Shown here piece by piece: positions 25,007 through 35,937 of a DNA stretch of 64,000 nt (position 1 is the stretch's first letter; each line of letters begins with the position of its first letter). Location of the stretch: assembly GCA_030704615.1 (NCBI GenBank), contig CM060733.1:39122001-39186000 (forward strand), given 5' to 3'. Under the pieces are notes generated by a model. It did not search any database and had not been told where the DNA came from. It was given only the letters and a program-made list of their open reading frames with translations. This DNA comes from Takakia lepidozioides (Eukaryota; Plantae; Bryophyta). Both the position numbers and the translations under genes were made by a program.

Positions 25007-27570
25007 ACCTCAAACCTGCAGGTACCACTGCCAAGTTTGGGTCAACTCTGCCATCGACATTGGGAAGGTGATATGGCGCACAATTAGGCACATGGTCCTT
25101 CCAAGTCATGCCATCCCGACCCTCCAAGATCAGGACCCCTGAGGGCAACACCTCTCGAACCCTCAGAATAACACGCCCTGCAGTAACATCCAGAGTCGTA
25201 GGAGCAGTCTGCTGCAAATAAACATAGTCACCAGGGCTAAACCTCCGAACCCCAGGACGATATCCTCCACCACGTATAGTGGCATACCTCAACGTATCAC
25301 GGTGCTGTGCAATGGCAAGGTTCTCAAAAGCCATGGGCATGACTTTCTTGAACAACTCTGCACGCTAATCACATGCACGTACCCACACGTCCGGATCGTC
25401 AAGGTTAAGGACTTGAGCAGTGTCCCTACGAATGGCTGCAGGCAAATCCGGCTCTCGGCCAAAGAGAAGGAAATATGGTGAGAAGGAGGCAAGTGATGCT
25501 TGTTTGCTGAACCTGTAGCCCATGGCTAACCAAGGAACCTGAAGATCCCAATCTCCTAGGTGTCCCTTCTGCAAGCCATACTTGCGCAAACCTCTCTTCA
25601 CCGTCTGAACAACTCTCTGCTAAGCCATCGGCCTCAGGATGATCCCGAGAAGTGGTGCGGTGGTCTATCAAGGCTTTATCACACAAAGCCTGAAACTCCC
25701 CCAAGAACTCTCTCCCTTGGTCCGTGAGTACCTCAGCTGGAGCACCAAATCGGCTAAGCACACGATCCAAGAATGCATATGCAGCCCCCTCACTAGCCTT
25801 GTCAGGCAATGGAGCCAACTCAATCCACTTGGAGAAGTGCTCCACCATCACCAACACATATCTGTGGTGGCGCATAGTCAGTGGCAACGGTCCTGCGAAG
25901 TCAAGACTCCACCTGTAGCCCAATCCCATGATTGGTAAAGGATGCAACTGTGGTGTAGGGGTGTTGAATGAAGCACGCACCCTGTCACACACCATGTACC
26001 TAGCCACGAACTGTTGCACCTCTGTATGCATACCACGCCACCAATACTGCCCCTGCAGTAAACTGTGAGTGCGTCACACTCCAACTCAATCCATCCGCAT
26101 CCCGATTGACCAAACCCGGTCGATGCACAACCTGAAAGTCATACTCCTGGAGTATAAGTGCCCACCGTGCAAGCTTCCCCGTAAGCTTGTCTGACTTCAT
26201 CAACCACTTGAGTGGCTGGTGATCCGTGACAAGGGTGAAAAGATTGCCGTATAGATAGCACCTGAAGTGTGCCACGGCCCACACTGCAGCTAAGCACTCT
26301 CCCTCATATGAGTTGTACTTAGCCTCTACAACGTTGTTCGAGCGGCTAGCGTAAGCCACTACGAACTCTCTTCCCTCATCATCCACCTGTGTGAGCACCG
26401 CTCCAAGCCCCAGCATGCTCCAATCCGTATGCAGCTGAAAGGGACGCCCCCTGATAGGTCGTCTCAAGATAGGCGTCGAGGTCAACCTCGCCTTGAGCTC
26501 TTGAAAAGCTCGTTCCTGCTCATCTTCCCACTGCCACTCCTGGTCCACCTTGGTCAGCTTGGTTAGAGCCTTTGCAATGGTACTAAATCCCTTGACAAAC
26601 CGTCTATAATAGTTTGCCAACCCCATAAAAGCTCGAACTCGGCTCACATCCGTGGGGCGTGGAATTTGTGCAATGGCCTCTACCTTAGTCTGCTATACCC
26701 CCAATCCTCCAGGATATATCATGTGACCCAGATACTCAATCTGGTTGTGGAAAAACTTGCACTTCCCCGGATGCAACTTCAATCCGTGCGCTCTCAAGCG
26801 CTCCAATACCACCTGAAGGTCTCTCATGCTCCTCCATCGTAACACTAAAGATGATGATGTCATCTATGTAGCACCGAGCAAAGTCCACCCCTGCTAGAAT
26901 CCTATCCATGACTCTCTGAAACTCTGCAGGAGCATTCTTAAGCCCAAATGGTAAGAACCGCCACTGATATAGGCAATCCTTGCCGTGCTCATTGATCCCC
27001 CAGAATGTCGTCTTCTGCTTGTCCGCCTCCTTGATTGGCAACTGGTGATATCCGGATCGTAAATCCAAAGTACTAAAGGCCTTAGCATGCCCGATGGCAT
27101 CAAAGATCTCATCTGGTGTTGGCATGGCATACTTATCGGACTTGGTCTGACGATTTACAGGCCGGTAATCACCGCACATACGTCTCTCCGTCCAATTGCC
27201 ATAGACATCATTCTTGCCTGGCATCACTGTGGCTGAAGCATACTCTCCACCAGAGAGCTCCACCCAACCTGCCTCCCAGAGATCTTGAGTCCTCATCTGG
27301 ATCAAAGACCTCTCCATGTTACTGTATCTATAGGGTCTCTGAAAGATTGGCGTGTCAGTGGCCAACTCAATACGGATCTCTTGACCCTTCAGTGCTCCCA
27401 AGTCCTTCAAACTGAAGGCAAAGCAATTCCTGTAAGCCCTCAGGAACCGCCGTATACATCGTCTCTCTCCTCCGGTGACAATGGGTCCAATGTCAGGCTC
27501 CCAATTGTTCTCCGTAACTACAACCTTAAGTCCAGTGGGCTTAGAGATAGAGGACGCGTCCCGTGGTTGC
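25007..27570 (-). pseudogene. RT, RNase H and DDE integrase of element C
   Basis: RT: [33 protein letters not shown]. RNase H: LHTDWS, EGECLAAVWAV, VTDHQPL. Integrase: WSLDFAGP, VLTDQGREF, DGLAE. Confidence 0.95.
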
Positions 27571-27869
27571 TATGTTGCAAACTCTTGAGCAGTACTCCCT
27601 GCCTGCTCAGTCAATGACAAGACCTCATCCTGCCCCATCATCTCATCATTGAGGACCTCTTCAACCCGAGAAGAATCCCCAACCTCATCTATCACAGCCG
27701 CCTTGGCTGCCAACTCCCTCTGAACCTCGAGCACCTCCCACGTGTGCCATGGATGCATGCACCCCGTGGTCCTCACATGCTCGCCCTCACTCACTGCCTG
27801 TACCGTCTCGGTAGGCAGAGAGATCATTGAGGGAAGTGTACTCCGCACTCTGCGTTGCTCAGCCAGAGC

Positions 27870-28830
27870 CAAGCTGATAATCCAGGTCAAGCAATTGAGA
27901 TCCATTGCTTGCCCCAACACTTGACGACGTGATGCCTCAGAAAGAGATGACACCGCCGTGGTACCAGTGGTAAAACCCATTGCCCACTCACGCTCGTCAG
28001 CATTAGGCTCCACTAACTGCTGCAACTGAGCATCCCACAGGAGGCCAGGTCCACTATCCCGGAAAGCATGCGATCCTGGGAAGCTGAGCAGTGTAGGTAA
28101 TGCTGCCCGTGGTTGACCCACCTTGTTGACCACTGCCAAAGGCGAACGGTCATCGTGTCTCACACGCTGAGACTGCCTCCCTGTGTCCAGAATGTTATCC
28201 ACTGTGAGATGTGCTGGCCGCTGCACCCCATCAAATGCATGCTTGAGCAGTGCGGGTGGCATCAAGTTAGTCCACCATAGCCGTGGACGATGAGCTCGTG
28301 ACCCCACTGTAGCTGCATCTAGCAACACTGCTGACCCAAGCCACGACCGGACTTGATGCACACTGGCCATCACCCTGGCCCAAGAATCATCCATCAGTGG
28401 CACATTCTCCAAGATGTATGCTGGAGATACAGCTTGATGAAGCTGCAAGTGGCGCAAAAACCCGCACCATCTCCCAAAACAGACCCGACCTCGAGTCTCG
28501 CAATCCATTGACATGCCCGGCTGATGAATGCCCTTGGCAGGGCCAACCTGCCACTACTAGATCAATGGAGCCAACCCGCTCCAAATCCTGTGCCCCCAGC
28601 AACGAAACGTCTGCTGGCAAGGCCTGCTGATATCCACAAATTGCAGACACCGACAACAACTCAGGGTACCGCTGCACCAACTGAGCAACATGGCGAAGTG
28701 AAACGCGTCGTGCAGTCTCATCCCTCTCCACATACAGGTAACGCCGAACTCGTACACCTGCTTGTAACACAGCAGCCAATCCGGTGCTGATCCCGCCAAA
28801 CAAGTCCAGAAGACAAATGCCTTCATCCGG
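27870..28830 (-). pseudogene. C5 cytosine DNA methyltransferase domain (DNMT3-like) within pol; one +1 frameshift at ~28456-28460
   Basis: Motif I LLDLFGGISTG, II YVERD, IV DLVVAGWPCQG, GLFWE, VI ILENV, VIII AHRPRLWWTNL, IX EREWAMGF, X RRQVLGQAM, in canonical DNMT3 order. Confidence 0.92.
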
Positions 28831-29149
28831 ATACTGCCACACAATAGATGTGGTGTCCAATGGAGACAATTGAGGTGGTCCTGGTGCAATCCCCACACTC
28901 TCCTCCTCTCCTGACGGTACAAAAGCCTCCACCCAGGCTTGTTGCACTCGTCGATCAGCATCCCGCTGCAAATCCTTGCTCGTGCCCCACAATGGAGTCT
29001 GAGCAACCATGGTAGGCAACTCCGCCATACCATACATGTCATCCTGCTCTCCCGGAGGTGGTACATCCTCTGAATGAGCATTGCCCTCAAGCAACTCTCT
29101 AGGCCAACTCACTACCGTTGTGAGTGCTGCTAGTGTCGGCATCTTGCCT

Positions 29150-29541
29150 CGCTGGGCAACCGCAATTCCTCCTATGAACGTCACAAGGAGCTGCACACGC
29201 CGGCCCTCCCCTGACTGCCATGCAGGCCTATAGGAAGCTGACTCCTCCCAAAAATCCAGGGTGAAGCCCATGGGGTACAACACTGCCCCACCAACCAGGA
29301 CATCGTAAGAGACCGCGTCTGTCACAATGGCCTTGGCTCGCATCACTGAGCCATCTGTAGGGTGATCCAGCCGTAGTCTGATAGCCAACTCACGCCGTGT
29401 CATGCCCCGAGCTTGCTCCGATCCTCCCAGAGACGTCTGTATCTGGAAAGAAAAAGGCTCCATATCCGCCTCCGTGAGGCCCAAGCCTGCAATAGCAGCT
29501 CTGCCCAGCATCAGTGGCTGAGCTCCCGAGTCCAACAAGAC
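29150..29541 (-). pseudogene. Aspartic protease of element C
   Basis: VLLDSGAQ...YDVLVGG, in frame with the DNMT (ORF 28387-29538). Confidence 0.88.
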
Positions 29542-30370
29542 TGACGGGCTGTGAGGGGCTGTGACAGGCTGTGCCCAATGGCGTGTGGGGCTGTGACGGG
29601 CTGTGACAGGCTGTGCCCAGTGGCCTGTGGGACTGTGACGGCTGTGACCAATGAGCTGTGTGGGCCTGTGCTGGTCTGTGGTGGCCCGTGTTGACCTGTG
29701 GACGGCCTGTGCTGACTCGTGGAGGCACTGGTGGACTGCCTAAGGACTGGCATGTGGTCTGGAAGGCCGAATTTTGAAGCTCGTGGAGGGCGGTATGAGG
29801 AGTATCTTCATGATACTCCCATGGTCATGCAAGTGAGGAAAGAGAGGAGAGGAAGAGTGTTGGGATGAGGGCATGCTGGGGTTAGGCATTGCTTTAGCTT
29901 CTCTTCCTCGTAGTTTCCACCCTCTCATTAGGCCAAGACTTTTCCGTAGGTGGAGGCAAGAGTCAGTCCGGGTTTGGGCTAGGGTGTCCTTGCAGGAGCA
30001 ACACCGTGGAGTTGTTTTTGGTGTGGGGGAGTTGTCGTTCTGATTTCTTGTGTTTGGATCCCCTCCATACCTGCATGCTTGACTGTGCGCCATGCTAGTT
30101 TTGTGTGGGCGCTTGTTTTTATAGGTGATTGGTCCGGATTTGATCACCGACCAGTCCTAGAGCATGCTGTCGATGGTGAGGCTGGGGTGATGACCAGCCA
30201 GACCATCATTGTTTCTCCTGTGGTGAGGTTGGAGGTGATGACCAGCCACCATAGGAGTGCTTGCGGTGGATGCAGGTACAGGTGTAGGCTATGTTAGGAA
30301 CTTAGTATTCCAAACCATAAGCCGCAACAGGTTCTCTACCTGGTTACCTTGTGGAGAGGGGGTTAGGGAC

Positions 30371-32572
30371 ATGTTCATGACCGGTTGAGTGTCAACACGG
30401 AGGTGCCACTAGTTGCTGGGGATAGTGCCAGTTCGAGCACTAGCGATACTAGTGGGTACACGAGACGAGGTGTGCGGTTTAGGCCACCTTCACCTCCTGT
30501 GTCTTCTACGGAAGGTTCTGATTCGGATTGTGAATCAGGAGGACTCATACCGGCGGTGCAAGTTGTTTCTTTGCCATTGTTGTGGGACACAATGGAGGAG
30601 ATGTATGGAGCTACCAAGGGGCCACTCTAGGGCGGTGGGCACCATCAAGGTGGATGATTTTATCCAAGAGTTTGATAGTTGGTGTGATTTGCAGCAAATG
30701 CGCAATCCACAACTATTTACGCCTTTCATGGCATGGAATGGGCTGTTTCAGCACCTTGAGGGGCCGCCTATGGATGATTACCATGAGTTCAGGCGGAGGC
30801 ATGAGGTTGAGATCGAGGAGTGGAGGATGTACTGGTCACCCGACTATGTCTCCATCACTAGGGGCACTAGAGCCACGAGGGCAGTGGCTACACCTGCTGC
30901 TGCACCGGCAGCTTCAGCAAGTAGCAGAGGGACTAGTGGGACTGGTGGTACAGTAGCTACGACGTCCACCCAAGCCACTACCGCACCAGCACTAGTACCC
31001 GTGCCTGCCTTCAACCCTGTTGTGGAGTTCTTCGAAGAGTTGAGAGGGAACTACCAAGGGGTGAGGACAGAGAAGTTGCGGAGCTTGCAAGAGTTCCAAC
31101 GGAAGCCGACCGAGAGCTTGAGGGAGGCTTTCACTCGCATGAGGCGCTTGATAAATGTAACCCAAGGGGTTACGGAAGCTCAAGCAGTCCAATTCTGGTA
31201 TGGGATATTGGACAAGGAGTTGAGGAGAAGGGTGCGGGATGCAACTCTCCTACAAGCGGCCCAACCCACCTTAGCAAATGTGTTTTTGCTGGCAGAGCGG
31301 ATAGAGCTCAACATGGTGGAGGAACGAGTGGTCATGGTGGGATTTGCTAAGGAGACACCACGGGGTAGTGGTGCTCCTAGCCAACCACTACCTCAACGTG
31401 CTCAAGGCAACAAGGGGGCTCAGGTGAAGCTCAGGGAAGGGCAGAGAGGACCTCAGATGCAGGTCTCTCCCTTCATTTGCTGGCCAACAACGGGCGGATG
31501 TGGTGTGCTGGACATGTGGAGGACCCCATGTCAAGAAGGATTGCCCAGAGGGAGGCAAAGGGTCGGCACATGCACAGCCTGCACAGTTGCACTGTGGGCA
31601 TTGTGGCAAGCACGGGCATGGAGAGGCCCAGTGTTATGGTTTGTATCCTGAGTTGCGCCCAGGCCAGTTCCAAGGGAACAATGGTGGCCGGGGGCGAGGT
31701 GGAGCAGCTCAGAGAGGACGAGGTGGCCAGCCACGAGGCCAAGGGCAAGCTCAACGTGGCCAAGGACGCGGGGGTCAGGGTGTTGACCAAGGCATGGCCA
31801 ACCGGCTTCAGCAGCTAGAGCAGAGGCTCGCTGCCATGGCTACAGCTCAGGTGGTACCGGCTCTAAGGCCGGATGGTCCACCTCCTGCTCCTGAGGGAGG
31901 AGATATGGGAGGCATGGGATTCATGTGTGGGGCAGCACTACCACTAGTGCAGGTGGAGTCTGCTGCAGCCGTGACTCGAGGAGCAGCACGAGTTCCTGAG
32001 CCACGAGGTGCAGAGGTGGAGTTGGATCCACAACGTGGGGAGGCAAGCCGTCAGGCTAGGCTTCCTCAGTCATTCACATTGGCGGAGACAGTGTCGACGC
32101 CATCCATGGCACCTAGTTCTCGCCTGACTGTTACCGAGGCGGAGGTTACTATGCCATTGGGGAGAGCTACACGGGTAGCACCACTACCTAGTGTTGTCAA
32201 GGCTACGGCAGCTAGTGTGCTGCTAGGAGCGGCCACATCTGTGTGCCAGGCTCCATTGTTCTCGACTACCATGATTGCGACGCCGGGGTAAGACCAGCTG
32301 AGGTGTTCAGGCTGGCAGCTACACTCTGTGAGAGTGAGGAGGTTACTTCAGCTTCTGCGGAGATAGTGGGAGGTGTAGTGCCGGAGGGATCCTCGGATTT
32401 GAGGGTCAAGACTGCCACGGCGGCGCCATGGCAAGTTGCAGCTGCCAGGTTGATGGAGCTGCCAGCTAGGCCAGCCATTGAGCGCGCCATGGTGACACCT
32501 GGAGTTGTCATGTTAGACAACCAGGATGACATTTTCTGTTTGAGTGGACCGGCACGCAAGAGGTACCGGCCC
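30371..32572 (+). pseudogene. gag of element C with zinc knuckles, inverted relative to pol, frameshifted
   Basis: Capsid-like LRSLQEFQRKPTESLREAFTRMRRL. Knuckles CWTCGGPHVKKDC and CGHCGKHGHGEAQC. Ends at KRYRP, which would join VLLDSG if re-inverted. Confidence 0.85.
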
Positions 32573-33182
32573 AGCCTGTCACAGCCCCACAGGCCTCAGG
32601 CACGGCCTGACACAGCCCCTCACAGCCCCAAAGGCCTCCGGCACGGCCTGTCACAGCCCCTCACAGCCCGTCACAGCCTCAAAGGCCTCCGGCACGGCCT
32701 GTCACAGCCCCTCACAGCCCATCACAGCCCCAAAGGCCATGGGCACAGCCTGTCACAGCCCCTCACAGCCCGTCACAGCCTCAAAGGCCTCAGGCACGGC
32801 CCGTCACAGCCCGTCACAGCCCCAAAGGCCACTGGCACAGCCTGTCACAGCCCCACAGGCCTCAGGCACGGCCTGACACAGCCCCTCACAGTCCTTCACA
32901 GCCCCAAAGGCCTCAGGCACGGCCTGTCACAGCCTGTCACAGCCCCACAGGCCTCAGGCACGGCCTGACACAGCCCCTCACAGTCCTTCACAGCCCCAAA
33001 GGCCTCAGGCACGGCCTGTCACAGCCCCTCACAGCCCGTCACAGCCCCAAAGGCCACAGGCACGGCCTGTCACAGCCCCTCACAGCCCCTCACAGCCTCA
33101 AAGGCCTTAGGCACGGCCTGTCACAGCCCCTCACAGCCCATCACAGCCCCAAAGGCCATGGGCACAGCCCGTCACAGCCCCA
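32572..33182. repeat. Minisatellite of TCACAGCCC units in ~36-45-bp higher-order repeats; continues inverted at 29542-29700
   Basis: Repeated GGCACGGCCTGTCACAGCCCCTCACAGCCC; reverse complement seen at 29542-29650. Confidence 0.95.
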
Positions 33183-33659
33183 TCCATGGCCGCTCTGGCA
33201 GTTTAGCCATTTCTCCAAGGGGTTTAGCCACGCCAAGCTAGGGTTTGTGTCTCTTGGACTCTAGGCTTCTTTCCACCGAGCTATGGCGGCTGTGAGGAAA
33301 TCAGCAAGGTATTCTTGCTCTTTTGGCTCCCACACACCACCATAGTAGCCCTAAGCCATGAGGTGGTTGCCACAAACCAAGCCTTCTTTCTCACTTAGCC
33401 TCCCCAAACACGCCACTAAACTCAATGGCAAACAACCAAGCCCTGCTGGTTCCCAGCCCTTGTGAGCACTCATTCAAGCACTCTCTTTGGCCATAGCATC
33501 TGTCTTAGAGCCTATTCCAGCCCCCTACACCTGCTGCTTCAAGAGTTGCGCTCCCTTCAAGCTTGAAGTTGAAACCCCAACTCACATAGGCCCTACAAAT
33601 GCTTTTCTTTCACTCCAAGTGGAAACCAGCCCTAGACCTTCCGTTCTAGCTCTCTAAAG

Positions 33660-34030
33660 CTTGAAAACAAGAGCCTCAATGGGCTGAAGGCATGCTCCAC
33701 ACATGCCCCACTCTCACCATAAGAGAATCAGCTCCTTTGCTTCATTTCTTGCACCCACAAACCTGAAAATACAAGCTTCAGCAGGCTGAAAGCATGCTCC
33801 ACATGCCCTACAGAGAAACCAGCCCCTTCCTTCCTTTCTTGCACTCCCACACCTGAAAGTGCAAGCCTTCACCAGGCTGATAGCATGCTCCACACATGCA
33901 TTGCCCTCACATAAGGGAAGTCAGCCCTTCCCTCTTCCTTGCTTGCCCTCCAAGCTTGAAGATGGAAGCTTCAATGAGCTGAATACATGCTCCACACATG
34001 CAACCTCTTCACACAAGAGATATCAGCCCC
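33660..34030. repeat. Four degenerate ~100-120-bp repeats in the leader of element C
   Basis: GCTGA..GCATGCTCCACACATGC core at ~33683, 33785, 33876 and 33978. Confidence 0.7.
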
Positions 34031-34672
34031 CTATCTTGGCTCCTTGGCTCCTTGATGCTCTCTAAGACAAGACTAAGCACTCCACAGCCTTTGCCAAGCT
34101 CTTGAAACCCTAAGGCTTACATTTCCAGCCACAAGACACTTCTCTTGTGGTGCAAGAGCTCTTCTTCCAAGCTCTGAAACCTTAGGTGCACATTCCATGG
34201 CCTTGCCGCACCTCTTAGCTCCTGTTCCAGCCCTGCTCTTGCCATGACAAGAGCCCTCTCAATGCTGAAGCTCGAGATTGAAACCCAATCTCACCATACT
34301 CCACAAAGTGCACTGATTTGCCCCAAGCCAAATCGGCCCTTTCGCTTGGTCTTGCAATCCTTCACACAATGAAAGCTCGCATTCCCAAGTCCAGTTCTCA
34401 GCTTTGCCACCAAAGCCACTATAACCTGCTCTTAACTGGTCCTCTTCCCAATCGTGCTTGCTCATGCATGTACACAATCTGGAACCATCAAGGTGCTCTG
34501 GAATTACCTGCAACATGGTGCTTTCATCTCTGAAGCTGAAGATCGAATGCCAAGGTCTACCACCTCGTAACCCACAACGCCTCCGCTTCTAACAACCAAG
34601 AGCTCCACGGTGCTCCTTGCATAACAACTTGGTTTCTCTCATTCTCAAGCAAAAACCACAAGTGCTACAACT

Positions 34673-34896
34673 AACTCGTATCTGGCACTCACAGATACGA
34701 GCTGATCTTTCTCGAGTGATAAAGAAGAAGAATACAAGCACGAGCTCACAAATCTGAAGCATAAACTCATGCATATATAACCTCATCACTCAAATACAAG
34801 TCAAGCCAAGTGCACCCCACGCCATGGGAAATCCACACTACGGCGCCATAGCTTGGCGCGGTGAGGCTCAACTCGAGAAAGATGAGCCTTCCGCGC
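34673..34896 (-). promoter_or_regulatory. Candidate structured self-priming site of element C
   Basis: 34705-34717 is the exact reverse complement of 34871-34883, the loop of a stem-loop at 34856-34896. A 10-bp hairpin lies at 34675-34701. No tRNA-type PBS is seen. Confidence 0.55.
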
Positions 34897-35033
34897 TTGC
34901 CGTGAAGATAACCACTCCAGGGCCTAAATCTGCCTTGACCCCTAGATTGACACTTGGGCCAATCCCAAATGTCAATATGTAAAAGCTAGCTATTTCCTAG
35001 CTAGTTTCACACTAGTGGTAAAATAACTTGACA
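34717..35033 (-). repeat. Terminal repeat B of element C (317 bp)
   Basis: Matches 24116-24432 with about 5 substitutions. Confidence 0.93.
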
Positions 35034-35937
35034 ATGGCTTGAATTGGACAACATCAATCTGCATAGGATCATTACCGGATGTCTGATGAATCGTTGTATT
35101 TGGTGCTGTAGTAGCAGCGGCATGGTGCGTAATCGTCCATCCAGATCGCTTCTCTTGACATCTTTCGAACAAACGATTATCGCATGCAATGACTTGGGTG
35201 ATGAATTCGCTCAGTGTACTCACGTTTGGCATTGTCAGCAACAAATCTTTAACATCATCTTTTAGGCCACATCGAAACTGACTAATGAGGCTCTTCTCAT
35301 TTCAGTCAAGGTCGCACGCAAGTTGTCGAAATTCGGCAGCATAAATGGAAGCTGGACGTGCTCCTTGTCGAAGATGTCGCATATTTGTCTCTGCAACTCT
35401 ATCTCTATCATTCTCTCCAAACGTTGCAGTGAACTCGGACATGAACGCTTCAAAATTGTATAGTAAATGCAAATTTTTCTCTAATAGCGGTGCAAACTAA
35501 GATAGGGCAATGTCTAATAGAAGGGTGCCCACGAATCCCACTTGAATACCTTCATCAGCGTAGCGTTGTGGATGTAGTCGTAGGAACAATCGTACTTGTT
35601 GAACAAAACCGCAAAATTTTGATCTCGTCCCATCAAATTTCTCGGGCATGTTAACATTTTGTTCCCTTGTAATCTGTTGAAGATTTGGAGGAATCGTTGC
35701 AGTAGGATTTGTTGTAGTAGGGACTCGTAAGGTTGAAGATCCATTGTTCGACTCAACTCTGAAATTTGTTGTTGCAAATTGTTGAGAGCATTGCCAAGGT
35801 CTTGAGACTGATCAGCTTGTAGTTGGGCAGTAGAAGTTCTTGCATCTGGAGCTGAAGACTCTGTAATGTGGCGACCATTTCTGCAAATGTGCCTTCCATC
35901 TTAACTAACTAATGAACAAATTTTAGTCTCGTCAAAC

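Larger units (their letters stand above)
23939..35033 (-). mobile_element. Ty3/gypsy element C encoding a DNMT3-like methyltransferase and a PHD finger, with permuted terminal repeats and two internal inversions
   Basis: TGTC...GACA ends. 4-bp TSD ATGG at 23935-23938 and 35034-35037, splitting B gag at FKP|LTS. Gag, PR, DNMT, RT, RH, IN and PHD are all recognisable. Confidence 0.93.

Noticed and set aside
27870-28830. Host DRM/DNMT3 gene or bacterial contaminant
   Set aside because: Intronless and fused in frame between protease and RT, inside the element bounded by a TSD.
32544-32968. Repetitive ORFs (TACHSPSQP / LRHGLSQPL)
   Set aside because: Incidental translations of the minisatellite.
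23939-35033. DIRS/PAT tyrosine-recombinase element, suggested by the split repeats and methyltransferase
   Set aside because: No YR domain is seen. It has a protease, a DDE integrase, TG..CA ends and a TSD, and the MTase is C5-type rather than DAM-like.
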